The notes beneath the pieces were generated by a model. The model searched no databases. It was not told where the DNA came from and saw nothing but the letters and a program-made list of their open reading frames with translations. The position numbers and the translations under genes are program-made. From contig OZ242184.1 of NCBI GenBank assembly GCA_965205855.1, positions 480,001 through 544,000 on the forward strand: a DNA stretch of 64,000 nucleotides, read 5' to 3'. The stretch is from Thermodesulfobacteriota bacterium. GTDB taxonomy: Bacteria > Desulfobacterota_D > UBA1144 > Nemesobacterales > Mycalebacteriaceae. Below, one piece after another: positions 57,901 to 62,400 of this stretch (the stretch's first letter is position 1; each line of letters begins with the position of its first letter).

Positions 57901-59006
57901 CGGTTGTGGGAACTGATTTGTCATCGCCGCGGACACTTACCCTGTGGGGAGGAGGAGGCGAGACGCGTCTGGACAACGATTACAATACATCCGGTGACGA
58001 CAATCGCTATGACGGTCGTGTGTGGTCTTACAACACAGGTTTGGATTACCGTCCCTCGGAGTCTTTGACCTTGGGTGCGGCAGTGGGTTATCTGGACAGT
58101 GAACTGACGACCACCTACAACGAAGGCACCTATGATGAGAAGATGGTATCGGTGTCACCGTACCTGCTGTATGAGAGTCCGTGGGGTCTGGATATATCCC
58201 TGTTTGGGGGCTACGGAATAGGAGATGTTGACCTGACGGGGACGTTTGGGCAGGCGAGCACGCCGTTCGCGGCCTCTGCCGACAGTAATCTGTTATTTGG
58301 CGCGGTGCGTGTGTCGGGTGCGATGAAGTTTTTGGATAACAGTTTGGAAGTGGTACCGAATGTGAGTCTGCTCGGCAGTCGCAAGAGGCTGGAGGGATAT
58401 ACGGACAGCAGCAACCGTGAGATTGGTGAGACCACGGCGTCAGTGCTTCGCCTGACTCCGGGTTTTGAGGTGAGTTACCGTGTGAAGTTTTCAGGAGTAA
58501 CGTTGAGGCCGTTTGCGAGCGGAGGTTTGATATTTGATTTATTAGATACGGTGAATGATGACGATATGACTTACAGTGTTGGCGGTGGAATGCGTTTTGA
58601 AACCGAGGTGGGTTTGAGCGGTTCTGTGGAGGGTCAGCGTGAGCTGGGTCGTGAAGCGGTAGAGCAACGGCGCTTTGTGGGCGCGTTGTCTTACGGTATT
58701 GCTGTGGGCAGGAATGGGAGAGCGGGGACTGTGACGCCGTCTGTAGGTATTAATCACGCATCCGGGGATGATGTGTCTGCAGAGGGATTGTCACAGGCAT
58801 ACGTGCTGGAATACACCACGAGAGGTGGAGGCCACAGTATTAGTTTTGAGCATGACAGGTCGGAAGAGGAGGGAGCGCGTTCCGGTCTGGGTTATCGTTA
58901 CGGAGCAGAGATTATGCCGGGATTGAACTTGGAGGCAACAGTGTCGTCCCCGAATGTTGAAAAACGTGAGGTTAAGGGATTTGTTGGCATGAAACTCCGG
59001 TTTTAA
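45924..59006 (+). CDS. Large (4,360 aa) Ig/cadherin-repeat autotransporter-like adhesin, gene 3
   Basis: Signal peptide paralogous to gene 2 (MPVKKRHISDFMLTCLRVVAGFCALVLFSLGLSATAAHA). Cadherin-like, Calx-beta, PKD-like and He_PIG-like modules. The barrel cassette ends in ...GMKLRF. Confidence 0.9.
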   Translation: MPVKKRHISDFMLTCLRVVAGFCALVLFSLGLSATAAHAVHEVQGFSLTGTPIQGGTLTVTGTNLTSGHPGEIPVYSWRYFTGAPLSETSNTYQLTQADVGRFLIVSVSTGDQTRSLGTLDEIVNSNLRPTGTVPITGNLSENETLGVNLSGLRDDDGLPNRSTFSYQWSRSDAGTNLVSISGATGRTYTLTQSDVGNHITLTISYTDRENRQETYRTTTSGQIANVNVPPTGLPAISGTRTEGRTLTAITDAIEDRDGLENAVFTYQWNTRIGSTDTPISGATQRTYIPTQADVGRMVTVTVRYTDDENSAEGPLTSAPTTVFAQQQTTRALSATVTPLSITPGDGPVEMFPDLTVIGTIPNLVQIRVLNRGDLVNEDAVTTPFVRLHDPVVPGFNFQASPTNITSDSRVFTSFAQEPPSQNAEAWQTLLRSVAFQAPADTGGRKIQLRVEASYDNGSSYLNMLSRTLNIVGPAPNNPPTSSGLAVSTPEDTPYTFEADDFPFTDADTGDRLQRVSINDLPARGTLTLGGGAVLAGQVINVTAIPTLVYTPPENANGDDIFTYSVYDGTTFSTATTMATITINPVNDPPTGAVTIDGMPAQNQTLTAVTDAIVEPDGLENAVFTYQWNTRVGSTDTPISNATSETYTLTQGDVGEMITVTVRYTDAGGEDEGPLTSAPTEAVANVNDPPVGTAITLPVPSVTGGAETVDLNSIFTDPDGDALIYTASSGDESVLRVSVTDSTLTLIPVTRGTATLTLRANDRNGGNGELRIVATVGNSPPIIPEIVLPVFTSFSGEQGPFELSDIPRGVDPDGDITTYTVVSDDLNIAEGMIDASHPLYRLFVTPFDIGNANLTITANDGNGGTDTRVVAVQVLGFNRSPVRTMVVPMVPELSLPAGPQEVELSGTYTDPDGDDDALTYQAVFFDTEDPNPDFEEEDVVTWAVTGSTLTLTPVGPGTLRLGIRALDSRLPPGRAGGLILPVTVINSPVSGNVIIDGVPERDQTLTADTSGISDADGPDPLPFTYQWNRNNGTTSEPIPGANEETYTLTDDDVGNSISVTVDYTDRGGTDEGPLTSTLTAQVIGTVAVSIAPPDAPVDEGEDATFTVTLSHSTANDIVLNYATSVAPEDTAEQSDFMATSSTLTFSPGAALSQTFTVSVEDDELVEGDETFTATLSANSASPLPVGVSLATATAQATIAANGTATVSVISGGNTVPEDQDITFAVQLSGAPGSDVVVNYTASVEAGDTAMASDFTETTGTLTFPAGTSELSQTFTVGVVNDNLPEDNETFTVTLSENPDNPLPAGFTLDMDMQTARGTIAASDEATISLAGPRDPVIEGENAVFTVTLSASPVGDGLTVGFSTSIESDDTAQANDFTETSGAQTFFMGTNALTQTIVVPVTDDNEVENSETFTLTLMNDGDGGSVFPPGFILNPSASSAKAAIVGRNNAPTTVGLGALIDEDTSHTFVADDFNFTDADMSDMLEQVRIDSLPATGDLTLNGTAVNAMQEITVTDIDNGSLVYTPADNVNGASTFDFSLSDGTDFSESAVATILIRAVNDEPSGTVTISGTARVGETLMANTGGISDVDGPDPLTFTYQWNTHSGGVDTAISGANSATYTPTTGDEGEMITVTARFTDDGGMRESLTSAPTAAVAMMSPPPPLPDLSGTTTPLPVTPGGDAVVVFPDLVVSDADANPVVIRVRVENPDDLNAGDTLAFSGTPNTSGIQVQFFPAAGIIGTSNDTLFGGFASGTPPGADRWQGLLRNLTFAAPAGSGGREIRLFVQVRYSLSGSDSSDTLTRTLNIGAPAANSPPTGLPTITGTPRVGVTLTANTSGISDADGPDPLPFTYQWNTHAGGTDTAINNATSATYLLTADEMGDQITVSVRYTDAGNTNEGPLTSVPTAAVAMMSPLELSGTTTPLPVTPGGAPVAIFPDLSIDTGRPNTFRLRVESAANLNSGDAVTLAAAAERRNYDILFIPIASVGASQNIIVGVSTPDNDDEAPERWHNLLRHFTFQAPAGSGGREVRFIAELTVSDLVSGNDVVETLTRTLTISAPANTPPTTSGLTVTTLEDTAYTFAAGNFNFNDADSGDNLVEVRIDSLPASAGGSLALSGTAVIAGQVIPVAGIPNLRYTPALNVNGAATFTFSVSDGTDFSTPPATATVTVNAVNDDPSGTVTITGTATVGETLTANTDGISDADGPDMLSFTYQWLAGGIPINNATSPTYLLTGDELGEMISVDISYMDANDIEGGVVSDPVGPVLAADMVTVSIAGPGASVDEGDPATFTVTLSGSPADEVVVNYATSDETATEGSDFTAPAADAALTFAANTTTLTQDINIATTDDSDTEGDETFTLTLSAPSGGFPAGVTLGTTTAQATIAASDAPANTPPTSTTDLAVTGLTVTSGAQTFDLEDNFDDADSSDTLTYTADSGNETIFTVAVAGSMLTITPVSRGTATLTLTADDGNGGTISQTPSVTVNNSRPTARAGSDSTADKGSLITLDGSGSSDPDASDMLTYLWTQQPGSTPVTLSDPTAEQPTFTIPTVIERGFTFVFRLVVSDGALSSTNRAEVTIFTRPIFPFPTTLDDQTYVVGNQIDDLTLPTALDIFGNPNTYALSPLPPGLSFNTTNRTLSGTPTQAGTFDLTYTATSNFGTDSRSFSIAVINLPTITGTPTEGEELTADASAIIAANGLDESDISYQWQADGVDIANATSITYTLSTDDIGKRITVTASFTVGATSEERTSAPTAAVAAPGNIPATGEPTISGILQVGQTLTADTSGIVDADGPAAPAFSYQWQADGQDIAGATAITYIPTAGDVGDVITVTAIFTDDVGTREERTSAPTAVIQTNTRPTANAGSGSTGAKGSLITLDGSGSNDPDGDNANLTYLWTQVPLDNGGGIPVTLSDPTAQQPTFTIPTVIEREFTFRFNLVVNDGALSSTNTARVEIFTRPRFGFPETLVDQTYVVGNQIDDLTLPTALDTVGNPNTYALSPLPPGLSFNTTNRTLSGTPTQSGTFDLTYVATSSIGTDSRSFSIAVVDPVTVSIAPPGAAVDEGDPATFTVTLSGSPTDEVVVDYATSPDTAVAADFTDTDGTLTFAAGATDLSQDISVPTTDDSETEGDETFTLTLSANTNSPLPAGVTLDTTTAQATIAASDAPVNNPPTTSAFTVTTNEDTDYTFAVANFPFADTDTGDMLEQVRIDSLPDGADGNLTLNNTAVIVAQEIAVADIPNLVYTPVTNVNGTDSFTFSVSDGTAFSATPATATVTINSVNDDPSGEVTISGIPRVGETLTANTAGITDADGPATLSFTYQWLAGNTPISNSDSPTYILTGNELGEMISVDVSYMDADGFEGGFVSDPVGPVVAASTPNTPPTSSDLAVTIDEDTPHTFAVADFPFSDVDTSDSLQQVSIDRLPTTGSLTLGGASVRAGQEIAVASIPNLFYTPVANANGTDTFTYRVSDGTAFSAVATATITINAVNDDPTGTGLTVPGLSLAGGAQTVDLNSVFSDPDGDTLSYEAESDDEDIVTVAVAGSMLTITPVGAGTATLTLRANDGNGGTVEQTVMATVGNSAPTTSGLAVTTDEDAEYTFAVVDFPFTDADGDNLQQVRIDSLPASGSLTLGGTAVNEGQEIAVANIPTLVYTPVVNANGDVTFDFSVSDGTDFSESSTAVLTIEASNDPATGLPTITGTANEGEELTADVSGIEDIDGLPELSMFTYQWNTRVGSTDTPINNATTETYTPTEDEVGEFITVTVFFTDGGGTRESLTSESTMEVTDIVRVLTMDEALRLNAEPPTTDTTGSIITLSTSEEVILDNANGEDFTVTSTLNGETVPHEVTGIRAGSIVLEVTPAIGFGSLIGVSYNPVQGSITGAVTGNPVVPFSISVNNAVRPLNEDLDREGRKTLLTHLAGVQSDLVISTVQNHLRALDGGNRVSVPRHAGVETEGEGKYVEYENVREMLSHLEFDLSLNSLMGLNEEWRKIGISSAGAEGSLAPVVGTDLSSPRTLTLWGGGGETRLDNDYNTSGDDNRYDGRVWSYNTGLDYRPSESLTLGAAVGYLDSELTTTYNEGTYDEKMVSVSPYLLYESPWGLDISLFGGYGIGDVDLTGTFGQASTPFAASADSNLLFGAVRVSGAMKFLDNSLEVVPNVSLLGSRKRLEGYTDSSNREIGETTASVLRLTPGFEVSYRVKFSGVTLRPFASGGLIFDLLDTVNDDDMTYSVGGGMRFETEVGLSGSVEGQRELGREAVEQRRFVGALSYGIAVGRNGRAGTVTPSVGINHASGDDVSAEGLSQAYVLEYTTRGGGHSISFEHDRSEEEGARSGLGYRYGAEIMPGLNLEATVSSPNVEKREVKGFVGMKLRF
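57600..59006 (+). repeat. Constant translocator cassette, copy 3 (1,407 bp, extra 18 bp at 57894-57911)
   Basis: Same start motif. Contains an extra ttagcgccggttgtggga (LAPVVG). Confidence 0.95.
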
Positions 59007-59216
59007 AACCAAGGCGTTTTCCCGTCTTGCTGTCGTAAGAGAATGACTTTGTAGTTGTGGGTTTTCCAACGCCACAAGCGGTTAATGTAAATAGTTTGCC
59101 AAAAGTATTACCAGACATGGCGGTGTTATACCCTAGCCTGTGCAATTAGGTTAAAGACACTTTTAGTCAGTTGCCAGAGATGGCGTTTGAGGCGAGTAGT
59201 CGTTCTATTTAAGAAC

Positions 59217-59245
59217 TTGACAGTGAAAAATACCTAAACTACACT
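59217..59245 (+). promoter_or_regulatory. Putative sigma70 promoter for gene 4
   Basis: Perfect -35 TTGACA (59217-59222), 17-bp spacer and -10 TACACT (59240-59245), in the only long intergenic region. Confidence 0.65.
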
Positions 59246-59269
59246 TTGTATCTACAATTGGCACAGTGT

Positions 59270-59291
59270 GTGGTTTGATCGATCAAACCAC
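59270..59291. promoter_or_regulatory. Perfect 22-bp palindrome GTGGTTTGATC|GATCAAACCAC (operator or 5'-UTR hairpin)
   Basis: Exact reverse-complement symmetry about 25 bp downstream of the -10 box. The function is inferred. Confidence 0.6.
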
Positions 59292-59427
59292 TGGCAAACT
59301 ACAAGACGGTTTATAGAATGCAACTTAACCTAAGCGATAATGACTAGTCCTACTGTTAGGAAAATACCCATAAATAAGTCCGTCAAAACCTGGCGCACCA
59401 GTCTCCTGAGCGGGCATTGTACGAAGC

Positions 59428-59433
59428 GGAGAG
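59428..59433 (+). promoter_or_regulatory. Shine-Dalgarno-like site for gene 4
   Basis: GGAGAG lies 5 nt upstream of the ATG at 59439. Confidence 0.55.
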
Positions 59434-59438
59434 TATGC

Positions 59439-62400
59439 ATGGCTACTTCAAAATCTTCCCCATCGCCATTTCATTTTTTAGAGACAGCCTTCCTATCCAC
59501 TGCGCGTTTCTGCGTCGCAGCTTTTTTTTTGCTGATACTCTCGGCAACCGGGGCCAGTGCGCAGAACACCCTGCCCACCGGAGTACCGACCATTAGCGGC
59601 ACTCTGATCGAAGGCAGGGAACTGACGGCGGATACCTCGGGCATCAGCGATGCCGATGGCCCCGATCCCCTGCCGTTCACCTATCAATGGAACCGGAACG
59701 ACGGAACCACGGATACGGCAATCAGCGGCGCGGACTCTGCAACCTACACCCTGACCCAGGACGATGTCGGCGAGATGATCACCGTGACCGTCCGCTATAC
59801 CGATGCCAATAACACCAACGAAAGCCTGACCAGCGCGCCCACGTCGGCGATTACGGCGAATATGCCGCCCACCGCCAATGCCGGTTCAAATCAGAGGTGG
59901 GGCAAGGGCACAGAAGTCACGCTTGATGGCACGGGCAGTGACGATCCCGATGGCGATAATGCGGCCCTGACCTACCTTTGGGAACGGACTGCCGGCGCCA
60001 CCACGGTGACTTTAAGCGATACGACAGCCGCACAACCAACCTTCACCATTCCAACCCTGATACCGTCATCCGTCCCGGCCTCGTACACTTTCAGGCTGAT
60101 CGTTAGTGACGGGCAGGCATCGTCCGCCGCCGCCACCGTCAGAATCTTTATCAGACCGCTGTTTCAGGCAACCATCGCCAATCAGACCTTCAGCGTGGGC
60201 AATGCAATTACGCCTATAACTTTGCCCGAGGCGCGGGACGGGCCCAATTCATTGCCAAGTACCAATACCTATACGCTGGCTCCTCTGCCGGCTGGACTGG
60301 CCTTTGATCCTGCCAGCCGCACACTGTCTGGTACGCCGAGCAATCTTGGGACGTACAACCCGGTCTACACCGCGACAAATGGGGACGGAGACACGGATTC
60401 ACTGAGCTTTAGCATTGAAGTGACCACCAATACCCCGCCCACCACAACCGGGCTGACGGCCACGACTGCTGAGGACACCCCCTATACCTTTGCGGCGGGT
60501 AATTTCAACTTCGACGATGCCGAAAGCGGCGATAGCCTGCAACAAGTGCGCATCGCTACGCTACCCGCCAGCACCAGCGGCAGCCTGGCGCTGAACGGTA
60601 CGCTGGTCACCGTGCCCCAAGAGATTGCCGTTGCCGATATTCCGAATCTGGTCTATACCCCGGCGCTCAATGTCAACGGCGCTGCGACCTTCACCTTCAG
60701 TGTCTCCGACGGCACCGCCTTCAGTACCACCGCCACGGCAACCATCACCGTGACCGCGGTCAACGACCCGCCCATCATCGCCCAGGGGCTGACGGTGCCT
60801 GGCCTGGGTCTGACAGGGGGCCCACGGACGTTTGATCTGAGTAGCCTGTTTAGCGACATCGATGGCGATGCTCTGACCTACACCGTAAGCATCAGTAATG
60901 GAAGCGTGGCCTTTGTGACGGTCATCGCGGGCAGTGTGCTGAACATTGCCCCGCGAAACGAAGGCACCACAACCATCACGATCACGGCCGATGATGGCAA
61001 TGGCGGCACTGCCGAGCAGGTGGTGACCGTAACGGTGGTAGAAGCCCTCCCCACCGCTGTGATTACCTCAAATTACGACAGTCTGGTGAGGCTTGAGAGC
61101 GGATTTGAAGGTGTAGATGGTGGCGTTACCATCACATTTGACGGCAGCGCCAGTTTCGATCCCAGTGGCGCTCCTCTGACTTACCGCTGGGAGATGATTA
61201 ACTCCGATAACACCGGGGTTGACCTGGTGGGTACCGAAGCGATCTTTGAATTCACTACACCGCCCCGAATGGTGGGTCGAGTGCAAATGTTTCAATTTAC
61301 TCTCGTCGTAACCAACACTGTTACTAATTTCAGTTCACCCGGTTTCCCACACGGGCTCCCACCTATCGTTAACGTCACGGTCTTGCCGACTGGTGCCAAT
61401 AATGACCCCACCGGGTCACCGACCATCACTGGCAGCCTGAGCCAGGGCCAGACCCTGACGGCGTCGCGCGGCGACATTCAAGACCCCGATGGTCTGGTTA
61501 ATGTGGTTTTCAGTTATCAATGGAATAGGCACGATGCCGGCATGGACACGCCGATCAGCGGGGCCACCGGGAGCAGCTACCGGCTGACCCCGGACGATGT
61601 GGACGAGTTGATCACCGTGACCGCCAGCTATAGAGATAACCAACGAACCGACGAAAGTGTGACCAGTGCTCCCGTCGGGCCGGTGGCGGCGCCCGCTCTC
61701 CCCCCCAGCGCTGTGATTACCTCAAATTACGACAGTCTGGTGAGGCTTAATAACGGATCCAGGGGCGTAGACGGTGGCGTCACCATCCGGTTTGACGGCA
61801 GCGGCAGTTCCGATCCCGGTGGCGGTTCCCTGATCTACTCCTGGCGGTTGCTTGACACCGAGACCGGCGGGTTTACCGAGCTGGGCACCGAAGCGACCTT
61901 TGAATACACCACACCGTCCCGAATGACTGAATCTCAAGATTTTCTAATCTATCTCGTCGTGACCAACACTGCTAATCTGAGTTCACCCGGGTTGGCAGAT
62001 TCTGAGACCATCAGTGTCTTTCCGGATAGCAGCAATGCCCCACCCAGCGGATTACCGACCGTTAGCGGCAACGCGACCCTGGGCGCAACCCTGACGGTGA
62101 ATACCTCCGGCATCAGCGATGCCGATGGCCCTGCTAATCTGTCATTCACCTATCAATGGAATACGCGGGTCGGGAGCACGGACACGCCGATCAGCGGAGC
62201 CACCGGGAACAGCTACCAGCTGACCCCGGACGAAGTGGGCGAGTTGATCACCGTGACGGCCCTGTATACGGATAATCAAATCACCGACGAAAGTGTGACC
62301 AGTGATCCCGTCGGGCCAGTGGCGTTGGCTGGCACTGGCGCGAATACCCCGCCCACCTCAAGCGGGCTGTCGGCTACGATAAACGAGGATACCTCCTATA

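Noticed and set aside
59119-59128. ops/JUMPstart element (GGCGGTGT)
   Set aside because: It mismatches GGCGGTAG and lies upstream of the predicted promoter.
59259-59274. Sigma54 promoter (TGGCAC)
   Set aside because: The -12 TTGC element is absent at the required spacing (GTGG instead).
59275-59286. FNR box (TTGAT...ATCAA)
   Set aside because: The half-sites are 2 bp apart, not the canonical 4 bp.
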